Source: an uncultured Gammaproteobacteria bacterium (lineage in GTDB: Bacteria > Patescibacteriota > Patescibacteriia > VMEV01 > CAZAJQ01). From it: DNA of 64,000 bases. The stretch is from contig CAZAJQ010000006.1 of assembly GCA_964485795.1 (NCBI GenBank), forward strand, positions 9,716-73,715, read 5' to 3'. Of this stretch, positions 9,604-22,054 are shown piece after piece (within the stretch, counting starts at the first letter, position 1; the number at the start of each line of letters is the position of its first letter). The translations under genes and the position numbers were made by a program. Below the pieces are notes generated by a model. It was not told where the DNA came from and did no database searches. It saw only the letters and a list, made by a program, of their open reading frames with translations.

Positions 9604-11684
9604 CTTCGGAAACATCCGTGTTTCGAAAACCGTTCATGAACGATTTTCATTTTCCTTACTTTTTCACGGGAAATCATCTCCTGCCTTTTGATCTCAATAT
9701 CATCTATGTGAATTATCGCATGAAAGATGATATCTTGCTTTCGCTTCAATCGCTTCTCGGAGACATTTCCAAAAGTTCGTATTCCATCCATATTCAGGTT
9801 ATGGACAATTCCGACAATATCGACGGCATCGCTTTGGCTCTCAAAGAACAATTTCCGGCCGTACAATATACGAAAATGGAGAAAAACCTCGGCTTCGGGC
9901 ATGCGACGAATCTTGGAATCGCGCAGGCATATCAAAGCCGATATCATTGCGCCCTCAATCCAGATACCCTGATACCCGAAAACAGCGCTACGATAGACGG
10001 GCTCATACGATATATGGACACCCATACGCAGGTCGGCGTCGCCGCACCAAAAATTTTAAACATGGATGGATCCCTTCAATACTCTTGCTTCCGCTTCAAC
10101 CTTTCATCCATTCTCACCAAGCCTTTTAGGCAATTGACTTGGTACAAAAAATTTCGCGTCTTTTCCGATGCCGTCGACCATTATCTCATGGCTGATTTTG
10201 ATCATGGCGAAAACCGCCCCGTGGACTGGGTCATGGGTTCGGCCATGATCATTTCCGGACAAGCTATCAAAAAAATCGGTGGTTTTGACACACGCTACTT
10301 CATGTATTTTGAAGACTGCGATCTTTGCCATCGGATGTGGAATCACGGGTATGAAGTGCATTATGCCCATGATATCGCGATCAAACATCGTCATGGTCGA
10401 GAATCCGCGAAAGTACCCGGCATCATACGCGCGCTCTGCATCAACTCAATGGCGCGAGTCCATACCAAAAGCTGGTTTTCTTACTTGTGGAAATGGAGAA
10501 AACGCCACGTTTCGGCCGCAAAAGAAAGAATTTCTTCAAAGATTCCCAATGCCATAAGAGAAAATCCCACTTCAAAAAATCGATCCGATGAGCTTCACCC
10601 CAAGATAGCGATCATATATCTTTCCTACCGTTGCGAACCCTATCTTGACGATTTCATTTCATCCATCAAGCAGCTTAACTATCCGAAAAATCGAATGGAA
10701 CTCATTATCGTCGACAATCCGCATCCCGAGTTTGGCTCTTCCATGCGCGCTTTGGAGCAGCATGTATTGCCGCTTTCCGGTAACGCTCTGCCGCAAGTGA
10801 CGCTTCTGCCGCAAAAAGAGAACCTTGGCTTTGCGGCCGGAAACAGTGTCGGCATTTCTTTGGCGCTCAAACATGGATGCGACTTTGTCTTTTTGCACAA
10901 TGCCGACGGATTCTTGGCTTCGACTGCGTTGCTTCCCCTCGTCGAGGCATTTCGAAGCGACCCAAAAATCGGCGCCGTGCAATCATTGCTCCTGCTGCAC
11001 CCCGAAACCGAGAAAATCAACAGCGCGGGAAATTCATTCCACTATATGGGATTTGGCTATTGCAATGAGTACCTGACGCCACTCGCTGAAAAAAAATTCC
11101 CGCATATCATGGACATCGGGTATGCAAGCGGTGCGGCCGTCATGCTCCGCTCCGATCTCATCAGGTCGTTCGGACCGCTGGATGACGATTTTTTCATGTA
11201 CCACGAGGATATCGAATATTCACTGCGACTGCGCCTTACGGGATATCGCATCGTACTCGCTTCGCAATCCGTTTTTTATCACAAGTACCAGTTCGCGAGA
11301 AGTATGGAAAAATTTTTCTGGATGGAACGCAATCGATATGCGATTCTCCTCTTGTATTACAAGATCCCGACTCTGCTGCTTCTGCTTCCCATGCACATGA
11401 TTCTTGAAATCGGTTTATGGATTTTCGCGTTTCGAGGCAAATGGATGCGCTTGAAAATGCAGGTGTACGGTTTTTGGCTGAAACCCCGAAATATAATCTT
11501 TTGGCTTGAAAAAAGAAAAAAAATCCAAAAACTTCGATGCGTCCCGGACGGCCGCTTGCTTCAATCGGCAACCGACGAAATACGTTTTCAGGATTCGCGC
11601 GTCGATTCACCGCTGCTTCGGTATTTCGGCAATCCGTTCATGCGCTGGTATTATCGTGTATTAAAATTTTTGATACGCTGGTAA
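9564..11684 (+). CDS. Tandem double-domain GT2 glycosyltransferase
   Basis: Two full GT2 motif sets (NLGFGHATN/LNPD/YFEDCDLC and NLGFAAGNS/HNAD/YHEDIEYS) joined by a charged linker. Confidence 0.88.
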   Translation: MEKNTLMVDAQNITSETSVFRKPFMNDFHFPYFFTGNHLLPFDLNIIYVNYRMKDDILLSLQSLLGDISKSSYSIHIQVMDNSDNIDGIALALKEQFPAVQYTKMEKNLGFGHATNLGIAQAYQSRYHCALNPDTLIPENSATIDGLIRYMDTHTQVGVAAPKILNMDGSLQYSCFRFNLSSILTKPFRQLTWYKKFRVFSDAVDHYLMADFDHGENRPVDWVMGSAMIISGQAIKKIGGFDTRYFMYFEDCDLCHRMWNHGYEVHYAHDIAIKHRHGRESAKVPGIIRALCINSMARVHTKSWFSYLWKWRKRHVSAAKERISSKIPNAIRENPTSKNRSDELHPKIAIIYLSYRCEPYLDDFISSIKQLNYPKNRMELIIVDNPHPEFGSSMRALEQHVLPLSGNALPQVTLLPQKENLGFAAGNSVGISLALKHGCDFVFLHNADGFLASTALLPLVEAFRSDPKIGAVQSLLLLHPETEKINSAGNSFHYMGFGYCNEYLTPLAEKKFPHIMDIGYASGAAVMLRSDLIRSFGPLDDDFFMYHEDIEYSLRLRLTGYRIVLASQSVFYHKYQFARSMEKFFWMERNRYAILLLYYKIPTLLLLLPMHMILEIGLWIFAFRGKWMRLKMQVYGFWLKPRNIIFWLEKRKKIQKLRCVPDGRLLQSATDEIRFQDSRVDSPLLRYFGNPFMRWYYRVLKFLIRW

Positions 11685-11815
11685 AACCGGATAAAAAAAA
11701 TCGTTGTTGCTCTCAAAAGAGAGCCTGATTGTTGAAAATACCTTGTTTTTGAATATCATCTTTGTCGTTGAATTGCCCGGATGAATGTGAATCGACGCGA
11801 GATGTAAATTTTTCT

Positions 11816-12898
11816 ATGAAAATCACAAAAGCCGTTCTCACGGGCGGCGGAAGAGCCACACGGCTGCACCCCATCACATTAACCATGAATAAACACCTCC
11901 TTCCGCTGGCAAACAAGCCCATGATTTTCCATGCCATCGAAAAGGTCGTGGAAATCGGAGTCACCGATATTTTCATCAATGTGAATCCGGGTGAAACCGA
12001 ACTGCAAAAACATGTCGGTGACGGAGGTCATTGGGGTGTCAATATCACATTTTTCGAGCAAACCGGAGGTCCTTTGGGCATCGCCCATGTCGTTTCCTTG
12101 GCCGAGCGTTTTATCGGACACGATCCCTTTGTTTTTTATCTTTCCGACAATATCATTTTGGACAGCATCAAGTCCGTGGCTCATGAATTCCTTTTAAAAA
12201 GTCATGATTGCATGCTTACGCTTGCTTGTGTGCCGGATCCCGAGCGTTTTGGAGTACCGGTTTTTGACGAACAAAAAAAACTTATCGATGTTTGGGAAAA
12301 GCCGCCGAAAGCCCCCAACCGTTTTGCGGTTACCGGCATTTATTTTTATGGACCCAAAATTTTTTTTGAAACCTTTCAAAAAATCAAAAAAAGCGATCGA
12401 GGAGAATACGAAATCTCTTCCATTCATTCGGAATTAATCAAAACCGGTAAAAATGTCGGATACAAAGAAGTTACCGGCTGGTGGAAGGATACCGGCAAAC
12501 CTTTGGAGCTTTTGGCCGCGAATCGATCGTTGCTCGATCTGGCGCCCAATAGTTTTTTTTCGCTGCCGACCGAGATTTCATCCGAACGATTTGCCGAAAA
12601 AATCAAAATAGGAGTCGGCACGAAGCTCGGTGAAGGCGTCAATATCATGGGTCCTACCGTGATCGGCGAAAATTGCTTTTTGGAACATTGCACCGTGGGG
12701 CCGCATGTGAGCCTGGGTACGGGATGCCAAATTATCGGATGCACATTGCGAAATTCGATCGTTTTGGATCATGCTCGAATTGATTGCGATGAGCACTTTC
12801 ACGACAGCATTATCGGGAAAAACGTTTTCATCAGCCGCAGAAAATCTCCCGCAAGTCACTGCGTGCTGGTCGGGGATAAAACGGTGTTTGAGGTTTGA
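11816..12898 (+). CDS. Glucose-1-phosphate thymidylyltransferase, long form (RmlA-like, hexapeptide C-terminus)
   Basis: GGGRATRLHP, KHLLPLANKPMI, EQ..PLGIAH, EKP, RGEYEI, WWKDTG and a left-handed beta-helix tail. Confidence 0.88.
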   Translation: MKITKAVLTGGGRATRLHPITLTMNKHLLPLANKPMIFHAIEKVVEIGVTDIFINVNPGETELQKHVGDGGHWGVNITFFEQTGGPLGIAHVVSLAERFIGHDPFVFYLSDNIILDSIKSVAHEFLLKSHDCMLTLACVPDPERFGVPVFDEQKKLIDVWEKPPKAPNRFAVTGIYFYGPKIFFETFQKIKKSDRGEYEISSIHSELIKTGKNVGYKEVTGWWKDTGKPLELLAANRSLLDLAPNSFFSLPTEISSERFAEKIKIGVGTKLGEGVNIMGPTVIGENCFLEHCTVGPHVSLGTGCQIIGCTLRNSIVLDHARIDCDEHFHDSIIGKNVFISRRKSPASHCVLVGDKTVFEV

Positions 12899-12990
12899 AG
12901 AAAAATTTCAATCGACATTTTTCTTTCTCTCCCAAATCGCCAGTCAATCGAAACCTGCTGAAATGAGTGTATCTGTCGTTTTGAAAAGTC

Positions 12991-15597
12991 TTATAAACTT
13001 TTCTCGGACAAATCCTTGATGCCTTGCAAATCCGAGTTTCCCAGCTGGGTTCTTTCCAGAATCTCGTTGCTCACAAGTCTTTTATCTTTTCCGTACTTCA
13101 ATCGCGATAATTGTTTGATCGCGGAAATTATGTCGGACGGGTTGCCTCCTTCGAGGTTGTAGGTTTTCATTTTAAAAGCCTTGGACGACGTATTGTCGAT
13201 GAGAAGCTTCACATAGGCCGCATGCTTTTCGATGTTGACGAGATCATATTCGTTGAACACCGGCGCATATTCCTTTGCCAGCACTTCGGCATCGTCAACT
13301 CCGATTTTGAATGAAACCAAGGTTCCGGCATTGCCGAAAATCGCGTCGCGAATACTTGTGTCGCGATTGCCCTTGAGCAGCTGATTGACATACTGATGCG
13401 CTAAAATCAGGTTCAGCCCATACTTTCTCGCTTCTGAAAGGATGATGGCGATACTGTCCGTGATGAAATTCTGAAATTCGTCGATATAGAGATAAAAATC
13501 TTTTCTTGATTCTTTCGCCATATCGGCTCGCGTCATGGCAGCCATTTGAAGCTTGGCGACGATGATCAGACCCAGCAAATTACTGTTGACCTCCCCCACC
13601 TTGCCTTTCGCGAGGTTCACCAGCAGAATTTTTTGCTCATCCATGATCTCGCGGAAATCAAATCCGGATTTCGGCTGACCGATGATATTGCGCATCATCT
13701 CATTTTCCACGAATCTTCCCACTTTGGATATCAGATAGCCCAGCATCTCGGATTTATGAAAATCCGAGGTTTTCGCCATTTCCTTTTCCCAAAACGCGCG
13801 CACGACCGGATCTTTCACCTTGGCAAGCTTGAACTTTTGATACGACGGATCCGAAAACATTCGCGGTATGTCGGCGATGGTACCCGGATATTCCTTGTCT
13901 TCCATGAGCGTGAGCATCACGTTTCTCATATTATGCTCAAACATGGGACCGATCATCTCCGGCGGAAACAGCTTATAGAAAATCGCGATCATCTCCTGCA
14001 CCGCAAAATCCTTTTGATCGTCGGTCTTGTACTCGAGCATATTGAGTCCGACGGGTCGATCCACGTCCGAAGGATCAAAATACACCACGTCTTCATAGCG
14101 CTCTTTGGGTACAAAACGCAAAACGTCTTCCACGAGATCTCCATGCGGATCTATGACGCATACCCCCATACCTGCGGCAATGTCCTGTTTCGCGCAATTC
14201 GCGAGCAAATATGATTTTCCGACGCCTGATTTTCCGATGATATACATGTGCCTCCTGCGATCTTCGGATTTTAGAAAAATTCTGGTTTTCACCCCGCGAA
14301 ATTCGTTGTATCCCAAAAGCAGTCCTTCTTTGGGAATATTCGTCGGCGCGGAAGCGTTTTTCGCCAACAGCCAACGAATATTGGGAGTCTCGTTTTCAGG
14401 CAACGGAAAATGAAAAACACTGCTCATTTCCTCAGTATTGAGAATCACGGCCTTGCCTTCGTCAAAGTTTCTATAAATGAAATCGGTCACAATATCCTGC
14501 TTTCGCAATGAAGGATCATAACGTTTCAATGAATTTCCGTATTCGTATAGATTATGCTGATGAAACGTATTGACGATATTTTCAAGATAAATTTTCGCGG
14601 TTTCGGCGATTTGCGATGACACCACAATACGGATATTACATTCCAGCCCCGCTTTGCTCGATTTTTCCTCCAATCCTTTGATCATTTCTTCTTCCATGCT
14701 TGACAGTCGTCTATCTTGCTCCGCTTGCGCCGGAGTCACTTCTTTTTTGGCAGCGCCGAAAACGTTTTCATAAAACCCTTCCCCGATGTCTTTCACGAAG
14801 GCAATCATAAACCGTCCCTTCACTTCATTGACAGCCTCGTCCAGAGACTTGCCCTTGGCCATACGCGTGGCGATGCCGTGTCCGAAGCGATGCCATCCCT
14901 TTGCCGGTCGAGCGACGATCTGGATCGCGGCTCCGTCATGTTCCGCAAGCTTGCTCAAAACATTGGTCAGGGCATTGAGCGGATCGGTATCCATTTTCTT
15001 GTACGACTTGATGGGAAAATAAAAATCCCTAGTAAAGACGATATTCGTTCCCAAAATCGTCCCTTGAGGCGTAAAGATATTATAATCTTCGACTTCTTCG
15101 ATATTTGCCGTAGGAAATTGCGCGTGGATCTGATGTTCCAAAAACCGCTCGAGATACTGGGGCACGGCAATATAAAAAGAAATAAGTCCCTCATCGGCCA
15201 CGATTTCAAAGGAAATATGATCCTCCCGTCCGAATAAAAATGCCAAAAACCCGCTTTGCGGCTTCATACCACCGATGGTGGAAAAAAAGGTTTCCATGGC
15301 TCCGATTTTTTCTTGTGTTTCTTGCACGCTCTTTGTCTTGGTAAATTCTTCTTTGCTTTTGGCGGATGCTTCTTTGGGCAAGGTTACGAGAAGCACTTTT
15401 TTTTCAAACGTTTTTGGAACAATATGCGCCTTGCGGACGAAAAAACGAAGAATATAGAGCATGATCACGGCAACGGCGAAAATAAGGACAGCTCGGAGCG
15501 CATCCTCAAGAAAAGGAATTTCAAAAAAGGATGCGGCGTCAGATGAAAGGCCTTGTTGCGATTCGTCCAATGACAGGAGGGTTTGAAAAAAAGACAT
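12991..15597 (-). CDS. Membrane-anchored VirB4/TraG/HerA-like P-loop ATPase (CPR type)
   Basis: N-terminal TM helix; DRRRHMYIIGKSGVGKS Walker A; VIDPHGDL; LYIDEFQNF Walker B; SEARKY; AHQY. Confidence 0.88.
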   Translation of the reverse strand: MSFFQTLLSLDESQQGLSSDAASFFEIPFLEDALRAVLIFAVAVIMLYILRFFVRKAHIVPKTFEKKVLLVTLPKEASAKSKEEFTKTKSVQETQEKIGAMETFFSTIGGMKPQSGFLAFLFGREDHISFEIVADEGLISFYIAVPQYLERFLEHQIHAQFPTANIEEVEDYNIFTPQGTILGTNIVFTRDFYFPIKSYKKMDTDPLNALTNVLSKLAEHDGAAIQIVARPAKGWHRFGHGIATRMAKGKSLDEAVNEVKGRFMIAFVKDIGEGFYENVFGAAKKEVTPAQAEQDRRLSSMEEEMIKGLEEKSSKAGLECNIRIVVSSQIAETAKIYLENIVNTFHQHNLYEYGNSLKRYDPSLRKQDIVTDFIYRNFDEGKAVILNTEEMSSVFHFPLPENETPNIRWLLAKNASAPTNIPKEGLLLGYNEFRGVKTRIFLKSEDRRRHMYIIGKSGVGKSYLLANCAKQDIAAGMGVCVIDPHGDLVEDVLRFVPKERYEDVVYFDPSDVDRPVGLNMLEYKTDDQKDFAVQEMIAIFYKLFPPEMIGPMFEHNMRNVMLTLMEDKEYPGTIADIPRMFSDPSYQKFKLAKVKDPVVRAFWEKEMAKTSDFHKSEMLGYLISKVGRFVENEMMRNIIGQPKSGFDFREIMDEQKILLVNLAKGKVGEVNSNLLGLIIVAKLQMAAMTRADMAKESRKDFYLYIDEFQNFITDSIAIILSEARKYGLNLILAHQYVNQLLKGNRDTSIRDAIFGNAGTLVSFKIGVDDAEVLAKEYAPVFNEYDLVNIEKHAAYVKLLIDNTSSKAFKMKTYNLEGGNPSDIISAIKQLSRLKYGKDKRLVSNEILERTQLGNSDLQGIKDLSEKSL

Positions 15598-15630
15598 AGA
15601 TCAATATTGATGAGGAAAAATCAAAAAAAA

Positions 15631-16116
15631 TCACAAAGACTTTTGATCGATGCGCTTTTTCATGTGAAGAATTTTATCCGTCATGATTTTTGCTTCTTGT
15701 TCGAGGAAAAATCGATTGACGCCCGGGATCAAAATCAGCCAATTTCTGACCATGGCAAATACCGTTTTTGCGGAAATCTTTGCCTTATGAATCAGCCTAT
15801 CGAGTTTATTCGCCAAGTCCTCTCCGGCAGACTTGAAAAGGGCTCTTCTTTCCGAGGGCAATGCCTCAAATATCGGACCAAGCTCATCTTCAAGGATGGA
15901 TTCGATTTCAAGTACCTGCGCGCTTTTTTGGGGTGCCGTGAGCTTGGGCTTTGTTCTCAACCTCGGAAAGGAAATCTGCTGTTTGACGGCAAGGGCATCA
16001 TCCGATGAAATCCGCTCCACTCTCGGCGTCCTGACTTCCTCGGGCACGTATTCGCGCTCGAGTGCATCTTGAGACTTTTTTTCTGAAGAACTTTCAAGTT
16101 CTGCATTGGGAACCAT
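15631..16116 (-). CDS. Hypothetical protein upstream of the ATPase
   Basis: 161-aa ORF co-oriented with the ATPase; C-terminal WLILIPGVNRFFLEQEAKI. Confidence 0.7.
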   Translation of the reverse strand: MVPNAELESSSEKKSQDALEREYVPEEVRTPRVERISSDDALAVKQQISFPRLRTKPKLTAPQKSAQVLEIESILEDELGPIFEALPSERRALFKSAGEDLANKLDRLIHKAKISAKTVFAMVRNWLILIPGVNRFFLEQEAKIMTDKILHMKKRIDQKSL

Positions 16117-16294
16117 AAATATTTTTTTGTTTATTATATCAAAGAGCGCCGATATGCGGAATTTTTTTTAAGATTCATTACATTCTGGCTTTGAATTTCT
16201 CAAAAGAAGTTTTTCCACTCATTCTGAAAAACAAAAAAACAAAACATCCTTTCATGTCTTGCTTTCAATGCATTCTCATCCGATGCGTCAACTG

Positions 16295-16837
16295 TCAATA
16301 ATAATCAGAATCTCTCTTCCTCCCTCGGGAAATCGCCATGACAAAGATCGGCGCCACGATCCAGACGAAGCGAGCATTGTCTCCGATAAAACCCTTTTGA
16401 ATCATGGGTGATAAAGCATTGGTCATATGAGGCGGCAAAAATGAAAGGGTCACGCTCAGAAGCAATCCGACATGCAAAACGCTAAATGCGAGAACCTGCC
16501 ACCATGCTCCGGTATAATCTGATCCGCCCAATGTATTCGCGAGCGCGCTGCGTGACAAGAAAAAAAACAAGAGCATGAAAATGCCAACGAAAGATGTAAT
16601 CTTAATGTACGAATCCTGAAAACGCACGCCGATACCTTCAAAATCATTGATAAACGGCGCGTAATTCACAACGGCCAAAGCCATGTAAATACCGACCAAA
16701 ATGATGAGAATACGGTCGCGTCCCAGTGAAAGTCCGTAGATAAACGACGACACGACAAAAAAAAGGATGATAAAGAGATCCCAGCTTGGCGTCGTCCAGT
16801 CAAACCCTGATACAACGTCAATGATATTTTGAAGCAT
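16295..16837 (-). CDS. Membrane protein (CvpA-like, ~5 TM)
   Basis: WDLFIILFFVVSSFIYGLSLG N-terminus; multiple hydrophobic helices. Confidence 0.65.
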   Translation of the reverse strand: MLQNIIDVVSGFDWTTPSWDLFIILFFVVSSFIYGLSLGRDRILIILVGIYMALAVVNYAPFINDFEGIGVRFQDSYIKITSFVGIFMLLFFFLSRSALANTLGGSDYTGAWWQVLAFSVLHVGLLLSVTLSFLPPHMTNALSPMIQKGFIGDNARFVWIVAPIFVMAISRGRKRDSDYY

Positions 16838-17007
16838 ACCCTGTATATTTTTGCTGTTTCGTTTTTTCTGTGCGCAATGTACCTCAATTCATCATGATTA
16901 TAACACACCTCCCCTACAGCGCGACAGCCAAGAAAGTTACTCTTCGTCGTGAAGAATCCGATGCATAGTTCAGTCCGGAAAACACTCGACGATACAAAAA
17001 AAGCGCC

Positions 17008-17430
17008 CTATGAGCGCCATTTTTTTTGATATTTTTTTGCCACTCGTATTCGCACCAATTCTTTTTCGATTTTCGCGGTAAGCGATGAAAACGCTTCTCG
17101 ATCCGATTTTTTCTCCGCAATCATCTTTTCGGCTCTTCTCTTGGCCTCTTCGGCGCGCTCGATGATGATCTCTTCCACCCTTTCGGCCGTATCCGCCAAA
17201 ACCGCAACTTTTTTTCCCGTGACCACCAAAAACCCTCCGCTGATGGCCGTAGGAAACATTTGATCACCCTTGTAAATCACGAGCTCTCCGGCGGCAAGCA
17301 GCGAAGAGAGCGGAATATGATCCGGCAATACCGTAATTTGTCCGCTTTTGGTCGGGACAATCGCCTTGTCGATTTCCTCGCGGTGCAAAACCCGCTCGGG
17401 AGTGATCAATTCAAAAAAAAGTTTTTTCAT
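17008..17430 (-). CDS. atpC: ATP synthase F1 epsilon
   Basis: ELITPER, GQITVLPDH, ISGGF, VLADTAE; operon position. Confidence 0.95.
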   Translation of the reverse strand: MKKLFFELITPERVLHREEIDKAIVPTKSGQITVLPDHIPLSSLLAAGELVIYKGDQMFPTAISGGFLVVTGKKVAVLADTAERVEEIIIERAEEAKRRAEKMIAEKKSDREAFSSLTAKIEKELVRIRVAKKYQKKWRS

Positions 17431-17512
17431 AATTCCGCTCGATGGGTATAACATTCCAATATTCCCAAAAACTCATGAATGTGTTGGTTTTAAACAAACA
17501 GAGACGAAATAT

Positions 17513-18874
<1,362 letters not shown>

Positions 18875-18897
18875 TCACATTTAAAAAATTTCAATCT

Positions 18898-19018
18898 GAG
18901 ACTGTAGAAAAAGGATGAAATACGAAGCTCTGGAGTGAGCAGATTGGGAAAGATATGTGTTATATCTTGAGCAATCTGCGTAGCGAAGAGCGAGTAGTTC
19001 GCATTTTGCTACAGTCTC
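18898..19018. mobile_element. 121-bp MITE copy 1 (GAGACTGTAG family), 5-bp TSD AATCT
   Basis: Ends GAGACTGTAGAAAAAGG / GCATTTTGCTACAGTCTC; AATCT at 18893-97 and 19019-23; inverted copy at 38643-38763 with 4 mismatches. Confidence 0.9.
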
Positions 19019-19050
19019 AATCTCTAAAATATTTCTCATCATGTAAATTT

Positions 19051-19974
19051 CTAATAGGCTGCTTCGAGCGCCAATTTCCCCGACGATATTTCCGCGATTT
19101 CTTGTGTGATGGCCGCTTGGCGAGCGGAGTTAAGATCCAGCGTCAAACCTTTCAACATATCCGAAGCGGCGTCCGTGGCGTTTTTCATGGTCAACATGCG
19201 AGCCGAATGTTCGCTCGCGTCAGACTCGAGCACGGCCTGATACACCTGCATTTCGATAAGCCGCGGAATAAGCGCGTCGAGCACCGACGAAGCCGATGGT
19301 TCAAAACGAAATTCGCGGTGATAGGTATCTCCCGTGAATATGGAACCCGCCGAACTTTTCGCAAGAATATCCCCAAACATCTCCTCAGCCGCCGCATCAA
19401 AAGGCAAAAGTTGTTTGACTCGTACCCTCTGCTTTCCGGCCGACACAAAATCCGTATAGATGAGAATGACCTTATCGTAGACCCTTTCTCGATATTTTGA
19501 AATCAGCATTTCGCTCATGGGCAAAACCTCCACCATGCTCGTCAAAACATCCGGCTTGGGAAAATCCGCCACAACCTTACGTTTTTCCCGCAAAAGCATA
19601 TCCCTCACTTTCTTCCCATATGTTATGCATTCGATCGTTTTGCGAACATATTCCTGCTCCATGAGAGAGATTGTTTTCTCGAAAATCTTGGTATTGAACG
19701 CTCCGCACAGTCCTCGATTTGAGCCGATGATGAGCATGGCAACGCTTTCGCTACGTTCATCTTTCCGCAATAAAACATGAGAACGAGGATCGGTTTTTTC
19801 CAAAAGATCGAGAAGAATCTGCCAGGCGAGGGATGCATACGGACGGGTCGAAAGAGCGTTTTGTACGGCGCGACGCATTTTGGACGCAGAAACAAGCTCC
19901 ATGGCTTTGGTGATTTTCTTGGTATTTTTCACCGATTTTATCCGAGTTCGAATTTCTTTCAATGCGCCTGGCAT
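19051..19974 (-). CDS. atpG: ATP synthase F1 gamma
   Basis: KITKAMELVSASK, RGLCGAFN, SEHSARMLTMKNATD, RQAAITQEIAEI. Confidence 0.97.
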   Translation of the reverse strand: MPGALKEIRTRIKSVKNTKKITKAMELVSASKMRRAVQNALSTRPYASLAWQILLDLLEKTDPRSHVLLRKDERSESVAMLIIGSNRGLCGAFNTKIFEKTISLMEQEYVRKTIECITYGKKVRDMLLREKRKVVADFPKPDVLTSMVEVLPMSEMLISKYRERVYDKVILIYTDFVSAGKQRVRVKQLLPFDAAAEEMFGDILAKSSAGSIFTGDTYHREFRFEPSASSVLDALIPRLIEMQVYQAVLESDASEHSARMLTMKNATDAASDMLKGLTLDLNSARQAAITQEIAEISSGKLALEAAY

Positions 19975-19999
19975 GGGAGTAAAAAAAATTACAAAAAAT

Positions 20000-21526
20000 T
20001 TATTGCGTCTCTTGCTGATGTTTTTCCAAAAAAATCTTCTTGGCATCATTGATCACTTCTTGCAATTTCTTTTCGGTGTCGGAGGTAATATGCTTTTCTT
20101 TCACGATCGATTCATACACCTCTTTCGCGTTATTCTCCATGTATTCCAAAAAGAAAAGCTCAAACGATTTCACGGATTCCTTGGGAATGTCGTCCATGTA
20201 CCCATTCACCACGGCGTAGAGCACCACCACTTGTTTTTCGACATCATAGAGATCGTACTGGTTTTGCTTCAAAATTTCGATGGTGCGACTGCCACGGTTC
20301 AGCGTTTTTTTCGTGGCCTCGTCAAGCTCGGAACCGAACTGCGCAAAAGCCGCCAATTCCTGATATTGGGCGAGACTCAGCTTCAGCTTGCCCGCAACCT
20401 GCTTCATGGCTTTGATCTGCGCCGCCGACCCCACGCGCGAAACGGATAATCCGACATTGACCGCGGGTCTCACTCCCTTATAGAAAAGATCGGTTTCAAG
20501 GTAAATTTGCCCGTCGGTGATGGAGATGACATTGGTCGGAATATACGCGGAAACGTCTCCGGCCAATGTTTCGATGATCGGAAGCGCGGTGATGGAGCCG
20601 CCCCCATAGTCTTCATGGATGCGAGCCGCGCGTTCCAAAAGACGTGAATGGAGGTAAAAAATGTCACCCGGATACGCCTCGCGTCCCGGTGGACGTTTCA
20701 GCAGCAATGAAAGCTGGCGATAGGCCACGGCATGTTTCGAGAGGTCATCATAGATGATCAACACGTCTTTTCCCTTATCCATGAAGTATTCGGCCATGGC
20801 CACACCCGCATAGGGCGCCAAAAACGAAAATGAAGCCGGCTCAGAAGCTCCGGCAATGATCACGATCGTATGATCCATGGCCGCATGCGTTTCAAGCTTT
20901 GATACGATTTTTGCAATTTTGGATTCTTTTTGACCTATCGCGACGTAGATGCAAATCACGTTTTTTCCCTTTTGATTGATGATGGTATCTATGGCAAGCG
21001 CGGTTTTTCCGGTTTGTCGGTCTCCGATGATCAATTCGCGCTGCCCGCGACCGATGGGAATCATGGCGTCAATCGACTTGATGCCGGTTTGCAAGGGAAC
21101 AGTCACCGACTTTCGTTTGATCACGCCCGGAGCGATCTTTTCGATCGGATAATACGTTTTGGTGGCGATTTTGGATCGACCGTCAATGGGTTGTCCCAAA
21201 GGATTCAGCACACGCCCCACCAAGGCGTCCGATACCGGCACTTCGAGAATTCGATCCGTCTTTTTCACCTCATCGCCTACCTTTATGAGACTGTAATCAC
21301 CCAAAATCATGGCTCCGATGCGCCCCATGTCAAGATTCAGCACCACGCCCATGACTCCATGACCAAAGTCCAACATTTCCGACATTTTTGCGCCCGAAAG
21401 TCCCGCAATCGCCGCAATGCCGTCTCCGATTTCAACGACCACTCCAAGCTCTTCAAATCGTTCGGAAAGATCCAACGTACCAAGTTCCTTTTTAATGCTG
21501 TCAATAAGTTCTATTTTTGAGTGCAT
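20000..21526 (-). CDS. atpA: ATP synthase F1 alpha
   Basis: [31 protein letters not shown]. Confidence 0.98.
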   Translation of the reverse strand: MHSKIELIDSIKKELGTLDLSERFEELGVVVEIGDGIAAIAGLSGAKMSEMLDFGHGVMGVVLNLDMGRIGAMILGDYSLIKVGDEVKKTDRILEVPVSDALVGRVLNPLGQPIDGRSKIATKTYYPIEKIAPGVIKRKSVTVPLQTGIKSIDAMIPIGRGQRELIIGDRQTGKTALAIDTIINQKGKNVICIYVAIGQKESKIAKIVSKLETHAAMDHTIVIIAGASEPASFSFLAPYAGVAMAEYFMDKGKDVLIIYDDLSKHAVAYRQLSLLLKRPPGREAYPGDIFYLHSRLLERAARIHEDYGGGSITALPIIETLAGDVSAYIPTNVISITDGQIYLETDLFYKGVRPAVNVGLSVSRVGSAAQIKAMKQVAGKLKLSLAQYQELAAFAQFGSELDEATKKTLNRGSRTIEILKQNQYDLYDVEKQVVVLYAVVNGYMDDIPKESVKSFELFFLEYMENNAKEVYESIVKEKHITSDTEKKLQEVINDAKKIFLEKHQQETQ

Positions 21527-21531
21527 ATGAA

Positions 21532-21933
21532 TTATTCAGATTTCAAATGTTTCTTCATTTTATCCAGTTTCGTTTCTATCGTGGCATCGTACATCTTGTC
21601 CAAATATGAAAATTTTACGCCACCCATGCATTCCGGTCGGACGGTGTCGATGACTTCAAAATGTTCGTATCCGATCGCATGGCTTTTGACCTTTTTTGAA
21701 ATCAGTTTTTTCGCCCATGCCGAAAGTTTTCTTGCACTTTGAACATGAATTTCCAAAATATTTTTTTGATCCTTATAATAGTCTTCAAAATGTTTGACGA
21801 TTTCCTTCATGAGATGCTGATCATGATTTTTTTCCACGATATTCAGAAAATTGCCTAGCATTTCTGAAACGCTTTTCGTCTTCTCAAGAGATTCATACAG
21901 CGCCACCGCATAATCACGAGCCGAATATTTCAT
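21532..21933 (-). CDS. atpH: ATP synthase delta (short)
   Basis: [21 protein letters not shown]...YDATI; between atpF and atpA; start ATG 21933. Confidence 0.85.
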   Translation of the reverse strand: MKYSARDYAVALYESLEKTKSVSEMLGNFLNIVEKNHDQHLMKEIVKHFEDYYKDQKNILEIHVQSARKLSAWAKKLISKKVKSHAIGYEHFEVIDTVRPECMGGVKFSYLDKMYDATIETKLDKMKKHLKSE

Positions 21934-21948
21934 ACAATGATAATTTAC

Positions 21949-22049
21949 CCCCACACCAAATCAGCAGACAGATTCGTAAATTCATGTATATATTGTTGTG
22001 TGATAAATGATTTCATAAACAATCAAAAATCCTCTGATTTGGTGTGGGG
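21949..22049. repeat. Inverted-repeat element, CCCCACACCAAATCAG family, copy A (atpF-atpH)
   Basis: CCCCACACCAAATCAG (21949-64) ... CTGATTTGGTGTGGGG (22034-49), 69-bp interior; imperfect pairing extends to 21941/22057. Confidence 0.9.
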
Positions 22050-22054
22050 ATGAA

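Noticed and set aside
21287-21296. GAGACTGTAA in atpA as a third MITE end
   Set aside because: Only a 9-nt match inside intact coding sequence with no partner TIR.
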